64,000 nucleotides of DNA from Dehalococcoidia bacterium. GTDB taxonomy: Bacteria > Chloroflexota > Dehalococcoidia > UBA2979. Positions 10,384 to 20,470 of this stretch are shown one piece after another (position 1 is the first letter of the stretch; the number at the start of each line of letters is the position of its first letter). Made by a program: the position numbers and the translations under genes. The notes under the pieces were generated by a model. The model saw only the letters and a program-made list of their open reading frames with translations, did no database searches and was not told the origin of the DNA. The stretch spans positions 928,001 to 992,000 of the forward strand of contig OZ244720.1 of NCBI GenBank assembly GCA_965219085.1, given 5' to 3'.

Positions 10384-12003
10384 CTACGGCGGGTTCGGGC
10401 TCTCGAACAGGCTGCGTGCAATCGCGATCACCCGATCGGCGGCGTCGGGGCCACCACGAAAGCCGAGGCTGCCGCTGATTCCGTACACGGTATACCCGGC
10501 GCCCGTGGCGGCGTCATAGACCTCGACTTCTACCGGTGTGCTGCGATCATGGTCAGGACCGAGCGGGCTGTACATGACCGTCGCCGGGCGGTCCGCGATC
10601 ATGCGAAACTCACGCACGATCAACTCGCCGACGTTCGTCGTCCAACTCGCGCCCCAGGCGATCGAGAGCCCGGAGGCGTATGCGCCCATAATGCGCACCG
10701 CCTGCTGGCCCGCAGGACCGACGTAGGTCGCCCAATACCCGTCAAGTTTGCCGGCATACGTGCCGCTCCGCACGCTGGCGAGCCGCCAGTCCTCCGGCAG
10801 CCTCGGCTCGCGCCAGTAGGGCAGCAGCCGTGCCTCGTCCACGTCGCCTGTATGGACATGGGGCACGCTGCTCGCGAGCAGCGTCAACTCGCGCCATCGC
10901 GTCGGCTCGACCGCGATCGTCGCGCCGGGCGCGACCTCCCCGCTCGGAAGCAACACGCCGTCCGGCACGAGCTGCCGCACGCCGTGCACGACGGCGAAGT
11001 CCGTCAGCTTGGTCCCGCCGAGGTGATCGAGCGGCAGCTCGGACGCTGCGATGAACTGCGCCGCTGCGGACGTCGGTACTGAACCCGTCTGGCAACTCTG
11101 GAACGCATATGTCTCCGGCTGCACCTCGAATTCTCGGACGGCCGCCGCGGACGCCGCGTCGGTCGTGCTCGTCACGCGGTAGCGCACGAAGCAGTCCTCG
11201 GCCTGCAGCCACTCGACCACATCGCCCGTCTCGACGCCGTCGTAGAACGCCACGTGCGAGGCGCCGTCGGCGTCGGTGGTGTGGACGCGCATCACGGTCG
11301 ACTCAGTGCGTAGCTCCTCGTACGTCTCGACGACGCGCGTCGTGTCGCCGTCGGGCATCAGGAAGGCGTAGCTGCCCGGCGTCGACGCCTCGCCGGTGGG
11401 GTCGAAGCGGTCGTAACGCATCGCCGGGCCGCCGGGCGCTGGCGTGGGGCTCGGGTCGGGCGTAGGCGTGGCCGTCGCGTCGGGAGTCGGTGTCGGGCTC
11501 GGCGAGGGGGTGGTCGTCGGCGTGGCCGCGGGCGTTGGCGTTGCGGTCGGCGTCGGTGCGGGCGTCGAGGTGGCCTCGGGCGTGGCGAGCGAGGGGAGGG
11601 CGATCGAGGACGGCCCACCGTCACCCGGCACGCCGACGAGTACCACGGCCACCACCGCCACGGCCGCGACCACCCCAACCGCGACGCCGACGGCGGCCGC
11701 CGTCCCCAGCCCCACCCACACGAGCGGACGCACGACGTACGCGAGCGCGGCCGGGACGGCAAACCACGCCGGCAGGCGCCCTCGACGCTCCTCGGGGCGC
11801 CAGGCGGCGAGCTCGTGCCGGCCCGGCAGGTCCAGCTTCCCGAGCATGTTCGAGATGTGGTACTTGGCGGCGTCGAGAGAGATGCCGAGGCGTGCGGCGA
11901 TCTCGGCGTTTGTGCCGCCGTCGCGCAGCGCGTCGAGCACGCGCCACTCGGCCGGCGTCAGGACGTCCGGGTGCCGGGGCCGCCCGCCACGATTGCGCTC
12001 CAT
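10384..12003 (-). CDS. Membrane-anchored LuxR/GerE-HTH protein with Pro/Thr linker and uncharacterised extracytoplasmic domain
   Basis: LTPAEWRVL...TNAEIAARLGIS..AKYHISNMLGKL, then a long hydrophobic TM segment, a PT-rich linker and ~340 aa of unknown sequence. Confidence 0.85.
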   Translation of the reverse strand: MERNRGGRPRHPDVLTPAEWRVLDALRDGGTNAEIAARLGISLDAAKYHISNMLGKLDLPGRHELAAWRPEERRGRLPAWFAVPAALAYVVRPLVWVGLGTAAAVGVAVGVVAAVAVVAVVLVGVPGDGGPSSIALPSLATPEATSTPAPTPTATPTPAATPTTTPSPSPTPTPDATATPTPDPSPTPAPGGPAMRYDRFDPTGEASTPGSYAFLMPDGDTTRVVETYEELRTESTVMRVHTTDADGASHVAFYDGVETGDVVEWLQAEDCFVRYRVTSTTDAASAAAVREFEVQPETYAFQSCQTGSVPTSAAAQFIAASELPLDHLGGTKLTDFAVVHGVRQLVPDGVLLPSGEVAPGATIAVEPTRWRELTLLASSVPHVHTGDVDEARLLPYWREPRLPEDWRLASVRSGTYAGKLDGYWATYVGPAGQQAVRIMGAYASGLSIAWGASWTTNVGELIVREFRMIADRPATVMYSPLGPDHDRSTPVEVEVYDAATGAGYTVYGISGSLGFRGGPDAADRVIAIARSLFESPNPP

Positions 12004-12132
12004 CGAACCATCGTAGACCGCACGCCTGCGAGGTTTCCCTACCCGACCGCCGACCAGTCCGCCCGCTCCGCAGCCGCCTTGCTATCCTCGACACCCCCGG
12101 CGCGCTGCCGGGCGCGGCGAGGGGACGACGGC

Positions 12133-13362
12133 ATGCGCGCGGAGATCGTTTCGATCGGCACCGAGATCATGCTCGGCGAGATCACCGACACCAACGCCGC
12201 CTTTATCGCCTCGCAGCTCCCGGCGTTCGGCATCGACCTGCTCTACGTCACGCAGGTCGGCGACAACCCCGGCCGCCTCCACGATGTGCTCGCCCGCGCA
12301 CGCGAGCGCTCCGACTACACCTTCGCCACGGGCGGCCTCGGCCCCACCGAGGACGACGTGACACGCGAGGCCGTCGCCTCGGTGCTCGGCGAGGAGGTCT
12401 CCGTCGACGACGAGCAGCGTGCCCTCCTCGAAGGCCGCTTCGGGGAGCGCGGGCGCACGCTCATCGAGCGCAACATGAAGCAGGCGTGGCTCATCCCCTC
12501 GGCGCGCGCCATCGCCAACCCGCGCGGCACCGCGCCCGGCTGGTGGGTGGAGCGCGGCGGGCGCGTGACCGTGCTCATGCCGGGCCCGCCGGCCGAGATG
12601 ACCCACATGTGGGAGCACGAGGTCGCCCCGGAGCTCGAACGCCGCGCCGACGCCATCCTCGTCTCCCACACGCTCAAGACCGCCGGCCTCGGCGAGTCGA
12701 TGGTCGACCAGATGCTGGAGCCGCTGCTCAGCACCTCGAACCCCTCGATCGGGCTCTACGCGCGGCGCGACGGCGTGCACGTGCGCATCAGCGCCAAGGC
12801 CCCGACGCGCGACGAGGCGTGGCGGCTCATCGAGCCGGTCGGCGACCGGGCGCGGGCGATCCTCGGCCCCAACGTGTGGGGCGAGGACGAGGACACGCTC
12901 GCCGCCGGCGTCGGGCGGCTGCTGCGCGAGCGCGGGATGACGCTCGCCGTCATGGAGTCGGCCACGGGCGGCTCGATCGCGAACGCGATCACGGACGTCG
13001 CAGGCTCCTCGGAGTACTTCCGCGGTAGCCTCGTCACCTACGCGACCGAGGCGAAGCTCGCGCACGGCGTGCCGCCCGAGGTGCCCGCCGCGCACGGCGT
13101 GATCTCGCGCGAGACGGCGGAGGCGATGGCGGCCGCGGCGCGCGTGGCCCTCGGCGCCGACCTCGGCCTCGGCCTGACGGGCATCGCCGGCGCCGAGGAG
13201 GTCGAGGGCCAGCCCCCCGGCACGATGCACCTCGCGCTCACCGACGGCGAGCGCGTGACGTACGAGACGTGGTCGTACTACCAGGGCCGGGAGGCGGCAA
13301 AGCGCCGCGCGACGACGCAGGCGTTGAACATGGTGCGGACGTGGTTGTTGGGTGAGGGGTAG
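12133..13362 (+). CDS. cinA: CinA-family protein (ADP-ribose pyrophosphatase / NMN deamidase fusion)
   Basis: MRAEIVSIGTEI..G.ITDTNA, GGLGPTEDD.TR, NPRGTAPG, PGPP.EM, ESATGG, G.TGIAG. Confidence 0.92.
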   Translation: MRAEIVSIGTEIMLGEITDTNAAFIASQLPAFGIDLLYVTQVGDNPGRLHDVLARARERSDYTFATGGLGPTEDDVTREAVASVLGEEVSVDDEQRALLEGRFGERGRTLIERNMKQAWLIPSARAIANPRGTAPGWWVERGGRVTVLMPGPPAEMTHMWEHEVAPELERRADAILVSHTLKTAGLGESMVDQMLEPLLSTSNPSIGLYARRDGVHVRISAKAPTRDEAWRLIEPVGDRARAILGPNVWGEDEDTLAAGVGRLLRERGMTLAVMESATGGSIANAITDVAGSSEYFRGSLVTYATEAKLAHGVPPEVPAAHGVISRETAEAMAAAARVALGADLGLGLTGIAGAEEVEGQPPGTMHLALTDGERVTYETWSYYQGREAAKRRATTQALNMVRTWLLGEG

Positions 13363-13366
13363 CCGG

Positions 13367-13909
13367 GTGCGGATCACTGCTCGTTCGGTGCTCACACACC
13401 TTGTGGCCGCTGGGGTGGGCGCCGTGATTGTGAGCGTCCTGCTCGTGGGTGAGTCCGAGCTTGTAGATGTCGACTCCAGTGATGACGTTTGCTCGGTTGC
13501 CCTTCTCTGGCGCGACGCAGCGGAGGAATTCGAAGTGCGGACGAACAGTGTCGACCGGAGTACGAGCGAGGGCAGGGCTGCGATGTTCGAGGCTTTCAAG
13601 ACGGTGGCGAATGTCGCGATCCCGGTCGCGGAGCCTAGTTCGCGCGCGGGTCCCCTCGCGTCTGAGATGCACGCATGGAATGCGCTTGCTGAAGAATGGC
13701 TATCGAGCGTGCAATCCCTCTACTTCTGGGTCGGGGGCGCCTCGCGAAGCAGTGGCCTCTCCGATCGGGGACAACAGGCACTCTTAGGGGCCATGAGTGA
13801 TCAGGAGCGTGCTCGTCTAGGTCTCAATCGCGCGACCCGTCAAGCAAACTCGCATCTCGTATCGGTATGCGATCTGCCACCGATCAAGCTCTATGGCGAA
13901 TCACCATAG
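13367..13909 (+). CDS. Hypothetical membrane-anchored helical protein (lower GC)
   Basis: ~180 aa ORF with an N-terminal TM segment; fills the gap after cinA. Confidence 0.55.
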   Translation: MRITARSVLTHLVAAGVGAVIVSVLLVGESELVDVDSSDDVCSVALLWRDAAEEFEVRTNSVDRSTSEGRAAMFEAFKTVANVAIPVAEPSSRAGPLASEMHAWNALAEEWLSSVQSLYFWVGGASRSSGLSDRGQQALLGAMSDQERARLGLNRATRQANSHLVSVCDLPPIKLYGESP

Positions 13910-13965
13910 TAGAACAGGGAGATAGCGTAGCTACGTCTATCGGGCGGAAGGACTTCTACTCGTGC

Positions 13966-14223
13966 CTACCCGGCGGCGATGCCCTCGCTGAGCGCGCCAA
14001 GCCGCGCAGCCAGCTCCGGCCAGTCGATGTCACCCTCGCGGTACTCGGAGTCCCACAGTTCGAGTCGGCCGAGCACGTCGGCGACCTCGGGGGGCGGGCG
14101 GAGGGTGTCGGACCAGTCGATTGAGGCGAGGAAATCGGGCAGGCGATACTCCCCGGGACCGTTCGCAGCCGTCTGCCGGATCACGACGAGGACATCGTCG
14201 CGCGTCGAGGGCTGCTTGCTCAT
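13966..14223 (-). CDS. Hypothetical protein, 85 aa
   Basis: GGGAG SD upstream of the ATG; protein-like composition. Confidence 0.55.
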   Translation of the reverse strand: MSKQPSTRDDVLVVIRQTAANGPGEYRLPDFLASIDWSDTLRPPPEVADVLGRLELWDSEYREGDIDWPELAARLGALSEGIAAG

Positions 14224-14283
14224 GCCGTCTCCCGTCGGTAGTGGTGGAGCGTGCCCGATGCGCGCACGAGAGAGTGTACCCGC

Positions 14284-15333
14284 GTGACTGACCCGCTCCC
14301 GCTCCCCCTCGGCGACAACACCGCCTACGCCCTCCCCCTCGCCGAGGGCGGCGCCATCCTCGTCGACGCGGGCCCCGACATACCGGGCCCCGAGGGCTCG
14401 CCAGGCGCCGAGGGCTCACCGGGGGCCGAAGGCGCCGAGGGCGGGACGTGGGAGCTGCTCGTCGCGCTGCTCGCGGCGGGCGGCATCGCCACCTCCGACG
14501 TGCGGGCGGTGCTTGTCACGCACCAGCACCTCGACCACGCCGGGCTCGCCGCCCGCTGGGCCGCCGAGGGCGCCCGCATCCTCGCCGGGGCCGCCGACGT
14601 GCCCGCGCTCGCCGGCGGGCAGGCGTGGGGCGACGCCCGCCGCCCGGCGCGCATCGCCGCGCTGATCGAGCACGGCGTGCCGGCTGAGCTCGTCGAGCAG
14701 ATGGCGTCGCCGACCCGCAGGCGGCCGCCCGAGTACCGCTGGGAGCCGTGCCCCCTCGACGCCATCGAGGCGGTCGCCGACGGCGCGGAGTTCGCGCTCG
14801 AGGGCGGCGCGTCGCTGCGCGCGATCCACGCGCCGGGCCACACGCCGGGCAACCTCGTCGCCTTCGTCGAGGCGACGGGCGACCTCTACTCCGGCGACAC
14901 GCTGCTGCCCGGCACCGTGCCGACCCCCGGCCTGCACTTCGCCGACGCCCCCATCGATGCGGAGGACGGCGGGGCGGGCGCGCGCCTGCCGTCGTTGCCC
15001 GACTTCGTCGCGTCGGTGGCGCGGCTACGGACGCTCGGCGTGCGTCGCGTGCTGCCCGGCCACGGCGCGCCCGTCGAGGGCGAGGCGGCCGAGCGGCTCT
15101 TCGTGCGCTTCGAGCGCCACCACCAGCGCCGCCCGGCGCGCGTGCGCGCGCTGCTCGAGGAGCAGCCCGACACGGCGTTCGGGCTCATCGGGCGGCTGTT
15201 CCCGCACCTCCCCGAGGCGCGCATCCCGCAGGCGATGACGGAGCTCATCGGCCAGCTCGACGTGCTCGTGGCGCGCGGCGAGGCCGTGGCCGAGCGTCGG
15301 GACGGCCTGCTGGTGCATCGCATCGCGCGGTAG
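14284..15333 (+). CDS. MBL-fold metallo-hydrolase
   Basis: THQHLDHAG, APGHTPG, SGDTL, LPGHG. Confidence 0.88.
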   Translation: MTDPLPLPLGDNTAYALPLAEGGAILVDAGPDIPGPEGSPGAEGSPGAEGAEGGTWELLVALLAAGGIATSDVRAVLVTHQHLDHAGLAARWAAEGARILAGAADVPALAGGQAWGDARRPARIAALIEHGVPAELVEQMASPTRRRPPEYRWEPCPLDAIEAVADGAEFALEGGASLRAIHAPGHTPGNLVAFVEATGDLYSGDTLLPGTVPTPGLHFADAPIDAEDGGAGARLPSLPDFVASVARLRTLGVRRVLPGHGAPVEGEAAERLFVRFERHHQRRPARVRALLEEQPDTAFGLIGRLFPHLPEARIPQAMTELIGQLDVLVARGEAVAERRDGLLVHRIAR

Positions 15334-15367
15334 CGGGCGCCACCGCGCGGCTCAGCGCGGGCCGCGC

Positions 15368-17614
15368 TCACTCCTCGAGCCGTACGCCGTCGGAGTGCCA
15401 GCGCAGGTAGTCGGCGTGCGCCCAGCCCTCGACGCCGTCGTCGGTGCGGATGTGCATCCAGCTGGCGGGCCCATCGGACGCCCAGTCCCGCAGAAAATCG
15501 TCCGTCTCGGCGATAGTGCCATGAGCGAGACATGTCAAAATCGGAGCATCATCCGATGCGTTCTGGCGAAGGTTCAGGCAGGTGCCGACATCCACTTCGA
15601 CAAGCAGCCGATCCTCGAACGGTGGTCGCTCGATGACAGGGCGGGGCGGCGGCGGCAGCGGATAGTAGTCCTCGCCATCGAACACGTGGGAGTACGAGGT
15701 CCGGATCCGAAGCGTGTCGCTGCGGGCACCCCACGCGGGTCTCTCCCAGAGTCTCAACGCACCGCCGTGCGGATTGGGGATCGCCGCGCTGGTAGGACCG
15801 AACGAGAGTGAAGCCTGCTCGGCCCCTTCCGAGTTGATGGCCACAAAGTTGCTCCGTGGCGTCGACCGGCGGTGATCGACGAAGAGGTCAGGATCGTCCG
15901 GCGAGGCCCAGCCAGGAGCGGGCCTCCACGCCCCGTCGAGCCTCGCAACCCACCTGCCATAGCTCGTATCGACAATGATCCCGGAGCTATCCGCGAGCCA
16001 CACCTCCCCGCGAGTCTCGAATCCGCTCTCGATCCAGGAGGGATGCACGCCCAGAAGGCGAATGACCTCAGCCCCTGTCGCGGCATCGAAGATGGACAGG
16101 ACCATGCCCACAGGCTGCGGGCTGTAGCCGGAGCCGTACGCCACCAAGCCACTGAAGGTTGGGGAGGCGATCAGGCGGCCGTCTGGCGAGATGCTGGTAG
16201 AGCCTAGCTTGCACGGGATTGTCTGATCGGAGAGCAGGACCCCTCCCAGGTCGTAACGCGCGACGCGGCAAGCGGAATCGCTCCTGACGACGAACGCGAC
16301 CAGGTTGTCCAAGACTACGATCTCCTCGTACCGCCAGCCCTCGGAGGCCTCCCACGGAAGCACCCAGGTGTATGCCCGGGGGTTCGTTTCGTCCGCGAAG
16401 TTCACGAGATGGAAGGTCCGACTCGGCCCCCACCCGCGCACGAGGATGTAACTGCCGGTGGGGTGGCTGAAGTGCTCTCCCGGCGGGGTCTGGAACTGCA
16501 CGACTGGCTGGAGATCGCCGTCGAGCATGACATATGCGTCGAGGCTCGTGACCCAGAAGAGGAGCCGTTCGCTGTCTCCCCATCCCCACCATCGATCGAA
16601 CCTGAACCGGGGCCGCCCGTTCAGGCTGTCGGCATCCCACGTGTACATACGCGCTGTCTGACGGTCATACAGGGCGACCGTCTCGTCGGCCTGCACGTAG
16701 TCGGTACACGAGTCGTCATCCCACTGCACGAATCGGCTACTTGGGGAGACGGTGAGGGCGTCGACGAGGCAGAACCGCACAGGTTGCTCCGCGGACAGGC
16801 TGCTCAGCGAGTAGACCCACCCCTCCACCGCGCCCGACTCCACGTCCAACAGGAACAGGCCGGGATCCCACGGCACCTCCTCGCCCGCCTCGTACCGGAC
16901 GTGCGTGAGGCCCGCCGAGTCGAGCGCCTCAGCGACGCCGACCTCCACGATGCCCAGCTCCTCGCGCGTCGGTGGCACGGCGGTCACTGGAGCGGGTACA
17001 GCCGTCGGGGTCGGTGAGGGCGTTGTAGCGACACTGGGCGCGGGTGTTGCGGTCGGAGTCGGCGTCGGGGTTGGGCTGGGCGTCGGTGCGCGGGTCGCTG
17101 TCGCCGTGGGAGTCGGTATTGGCGTGCCGGTCGGCCAGGGGCTGGGCTGCGGCGACGCGGAGGCCGTGGCGGTGGGTGCGGGCGCCGAGGTCTGCGTCGG
17201 CGGCGGGGCGACAGCGAGGGGCGGGGCGGCGTCGCCGCCCGCGACGACGAGCGCGACGGCCACCAGCGCCACGACAGCAACCACCCCCACCACCACACCC
17301 GCAACCGCCGCAGTCCCCGCCCCCACCCACGCGATCGGCCGCGCCACCGTCCACAGCGCCGCGGGCACCGTGAACAGCGCGCCGAGGCGGCCTCGACGCC
17401 CCTCGGGGCGCCAGGAGGCGAGCGCGCGGCGGTCGCCCAGCTCGAGCTTCGCGAGCATGTTCGAGATGTGGTACTTGACCGTGTCGAGGCTGAGGCCGAG
17501 GCGCGCGGCGATCTCGGCGTTCGTGCCACCCTCGCGCAGCGCCTCCAGCACACGCCACTCGGCCGGTGTCAGGATGTCGGGATGGCGCGGACGGCCGCGG
17601 CGATTGCGCTCCAT
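15368..17614 (-). CDS. Membrane-anchored LuxR-HTH protein with Pro/Thr linker, probable beta-propeller and C-terminal SH3b-like domain
   Basis: N-terminus nearly identical to 10384..12003; ISPDGRLIA and VSPSSRFV blade-like motifs; C-terminal CLNLR...W.HIRT.DG.EGWAH..YL. Confidence 0.85.
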   Translation of the reverse strand: MERNRRGRPRHPDILTPAEWRVLEALREGGTNAEIAARLGLSLDTVKYHISNMLAKLELGDRRALASWRPEGRRGRLGALFTVPAALWTVARPIAWVGAGTAAVAGVVVGVVAVVALVAVALVVAGGDAAPPLAVAPPPTQTSAPAPTATASASPQPSPWPTGTPIPTPTATATRAPTPSPTPTPTPTATPAPSVATTPSPTPTAVPAPVTAVPPTREELGIVEVGVAEALDSAGLTHVRYEAGEEVPWDPGLFLLDVESGAVEGWVYSLSSLSAEQPVRFCLVDALTVSPSSRFVQWDDDSCTDYVQADETVALYDRQTARMYTWDADSLNGRPRFRFDRWWGWGDSERLLFWVTSLDAYVMLDGDLQPVVQFQTPPGEHFSHPTGSYILVRGWGPSRTFHLVNFADETNPRAYTWVLPWEASEGWRYEEIVVLDNLVAFVVRSDSACRVARYDLGGVLLSDQTIPCKLGSTSISPDGRLIASPTFSGLVAYGSGYSPQPVGMVLSIFDAATGAEVIRLLGVHPSWIESGFETRGEVWLADSSGIIVDTSYGRWVARLDGAWRPAPGWASPDDPDLFVDHRRSTPRSNFVAINSEGAEQASLSFGPTSAAIPNPHGGALRLWERPAWGARSDTLRIRTSYSHVFDGEDYYPLPPPPRPVIERPPFEDRLLVEVDVGTCLNLRQNASDDAPILTCLAHGTIAETDDFLRDWASDGPASWMHIRTDDGVEGWAHADYLRWHSDGVRLEE

Positions 17615-17728
17615 CGGACCATCGTAGGGCGCGCGGCGCTCGATTTACCCCACCCGGTCGCCCTCGCCACGTGCGCCGGCGCCCGACGCAGCACGAACCG
17701 GGGCGAGGCTGAGCGCTCGCCGGCGGCG

Positions 17729-19070
17729 TCAGCGCGCGGGGGCGGCATCCGGGGCCGCCTCGGCGGGGTCGGGCGGGCGCCACACGTCATCGCCGCGCAG
17801 GCGGCGCAGCTCCGCCGACGCCAGGTAGACGGCGATGGCGAACGCCGCCACCGACAGCGCCCCGGCCGCGATCGTGATGCGCGCCGATGAACTCGGCAGC
17901 GACCGCCCCGCTGGCCACGCCGAACGGCGTCAGGAAGAAGCTCGTCGCCCAGATGCCCATCACGCGCCCTCGCAGCCTGTCGGGAACCAGCAGCTGCAGC
18001 ACCGTCAGCCCGACGACGAGCGGGAGCTCCATCGCGAAGCCCGCGAGCAACAGGAGCACCAGCCCCGGTGCGAGGTGGCCCGTGATCGCGGATACGCCAA
18101 CGCACACACCGAAGACCCCCGCGGAACCGAGCATCAGCACGCCCGGACGTGGGCTCAGGCCGTAGCGGATGATGGCGTACACCGCTGCGAGCGCGCCGAT
18201 GTCCGCCACGGCAAGCATGAACACCCTCAGGCCCAGGCTGTCGGTGCGCTCGAACATGAGGTTCGTCACCGGCAGGTCAGACGAACCGCCGAAGACATGC
18301 AGGAAGAACGACAGGCCGAGGATGGCGAGGAATATGCGGCGCCCGAACACGAAGCGCATCCCGGCCGCGATGCTCACGCCCTCCTCGGCGCCCCCCAGGG
18401 TCCGCCTCACGTGGTGGGACGCGAACGGTGAGCAGCACGACGAACGAGAGCGCGCCCAGCACGGCCGCGCCGGCGAGTGCCCACCACCCGTGCGTGAGCA
18501 CCGTCAGGGCGACCAGCATCGCCGGGTACGGCTCGAGTGTAGCCACGGGGAGGACGACCCAGACCAGGATCCAGGCCGTACCGGCGATCCTCGTCACGCT
18601 CGCGATGCCGCTGATGAGCGCAACCGCGCTCGGCATCGCGCGGCGGTCGATGAGCCGGGGGAGCAGCGTATGCATCGCGGGTGCGGCGACGGCCCACAGC
18701 ACGCCGTTCGCGACGGCCCACGCGATGACCATCCAGAACTCGACGACGCCGGTCAGCACCACGACCACGAGCGCGCCATGCCCGGCGAACACCAGGAATT
18801 GCGTCACCAGCGCGAGGCGATAGGGATCGTAGCGGTCGGCAAGCGAGCCGGCGGGAATGGCGAGCAGGGCGGCGGCGAGAGGCCTCGCGGTCAGCCACGC
18901 AAGGGACCAAAACAGCGGCTGATCGAGTCTCACGAAGATGAGCGACCCGAGGCCGATGCCTTCACACCAGTAGGCGGCTGCGCGGAAGAGCGCGGCGAGC
19001 CAGAAGCGTCGGTAGTTGCGGTAGGAGAGTGCGTTCCCACTCGGACGGGTGCGGTCGCGGGTGTGCTCAT
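17729..19070 (-). pseudogene. Frameshifted MFS transporter, degenerate tandem paralog of 19142..20431
   Basis: Homologous segments in changing frames, with shifts near 19045, 18405 and 17880; 3' DNA is nearly identical to the intact copy. Confidence 0.8.
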
Positions 19071-19141
19071 CCGGCCATCCTCGCACCGGCCGTGCCCGCA
19101 TGGAGCAGGGCCTCGCATGGCGCGATTGTGCCCCGCGCGGG

Positions 19142-20431
19142 TTAGCTCGCGGCGGCCTCCGGAGCGACCTCGACGGGCTCGGGCGGCGGCATCACGTCGT
19201 CGCCGCGCAGGCGGCGTAGCTCCGCCGATGCCAGGTAGACGGCGATGGCGAACGCCGTCACCGACAGCGCGCCGGCCGCGATCGTGACGCGCACGCCGAT
19301 GAACTCCGCCGCGAAGCCCGCGATGAAGCCGCCGATCGGGGTCAGGAAGTAGGTCATCGACCAGATGCCCATCACCCGCCCTCGCAGCCCGTCGGGGACC
19401 AGCAGCTGCACCACCGTCATCCCGATGATCAGGTACACCTCGGCGGCGAACCCCGAGACCAGCAGCAGCACCGACGCCGGCGCGAGGTGGTCCGTGGCGG
19501 CGAATCCCGCGATGAGCACGCCGAAGACGGCCGCCGAGGCGAGCATGAGCACGCCGGGCCGTCGCCCCAGCCCGTAGTGGATCACCCACCACGTGCCGGC
19601 GAGCGAGCCGATCCCGGCCACCGCCTCCATGAAGCCGAAGCCCTCGGAACCCACTTCGAGGAGCTCGTTGGCGAAGATCGGCAGCAGGATCACGTACGAG
19701 CTCCCGAACACCGAGGTGAAGAACGACAGCCCGATGGTGGCGAAGAACACGGGGCGCCCGAACACGAACCGAAGCCCTGCTCGCATGCCCCCGTCGTCCC
19801 CGGCTTGCCGCTCGGTCGCGTCGCGGGGGGCGACGTGGATCATGAGCATCACGAAGAACGCGAGCCCGTTCACCGCGGCGCAGACCGAGAAGGCGTGCCC
19901 GGTGCCGACCAGCGCGATGAGCACACCCGCGCTCGCCGGCCCGACGATGCGCAGGGCGCTCCAGATGCCGCTGATGAGCGCGACGGCGCTGGCCATCGCG
20001 GGCGGCTCGATGAGGCGGGGGAGCAGCGTGTTCATCGCCGGCGCGGCGACGGCCCAGAGCACGCCGTTGGCGACCGCCCAGCCGATGACCATCCACATCT
20101 CGATCAGGCCGGTCAGGATCAGCACCGCCAGCGCCGTGTGGCCGATCACCATGAGGAACTGGCTGCCGATCATGAGCCGGTACGGGTCGCTGCGGTCGGC
20201 GAGCGAGCCGCCGGGGAGGGAGAGCAGGATGGTGGGGACGCCGCTGGCCAGCCACACCACGCCCAGCCAGAACGGCGTCTGGTCGAGCTCGACGGCGACG
20301 AGCCAGCCGAGACCGATGAACTGGAACTGGAAGCCGAAGACGCGCATGACCGCGGACACCCAGTAGCGCCGGTAGTTGGGGTAGGAGAGCGCGCTCCGGC
20401 TGGCTCGAGGGGTGTTCGCGGCGGCCGTCAT
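19142..20431 (-). CDS. MFS transporter (MFS_3/DHA3-like)
   Basis: ALSYPNYRRYW, GGSLADRSD, VPDGLRGRVMG; 12-TM pattern. Confidence 0.9.
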   Translation of the reverse strand: MTAAANTPRASRSALSYPNYRRYWVSAVMRVFGFQFQFIGLGWLVAVELDQTPFWLGVVWLASGVPTILLSLPGGSLADRSDPYRLMIGSQFLMVIGHTALAVLILTGLIEMWMVIGWAVANGVLWAVAAPAMNTLLPRLIEPPAMASAVALISGIWSALRIVGPASAGVLIALVGTGHAFSVCAAVNGLAFFVMLMIHVAPRDATERQAGDDGGMRAGLRFVFGRPVFFATIGLSFFTSVFGSSYVILLPIFANELLEVGSEGFGFMEAVAGIGSLAGTWWVIHYGLGRRPGVLMLASAAVFGVLIAGFAATDHLAPASVLLLVSGFAAEVYLIIGMTVVQLLVPDGLRGRVMGIWSMTYFLTPIGGFIAGFAAEFIGVRVTIAAGALSVTAFAIAVYLASAELRRLRGDDVMPPPEPVEVAPEAAAS

Positions 20432-20470
20432 GCAGTCATCGTACCGTCGGGCCGCACCGGCGGACGCGGC

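Noticed and set aside
13921-13941. Palindrome GATAGCGTAGCTACGTCTATC as an attC or recombination site
   Set aside because: No GTTRRRY/RYYYAAC cores or integrase; it lies between convergent genes and is more simply a terminator-like hairpin.
14284-15333. Beta-lactamase or aminoglycoside resistance calls for the MBL-fold genes (also 43416..44261) and the APH-like gene (57733..58509)
   Set aside because: Only superfamily motifs are visible; nothing indicates antibiotic specificity.
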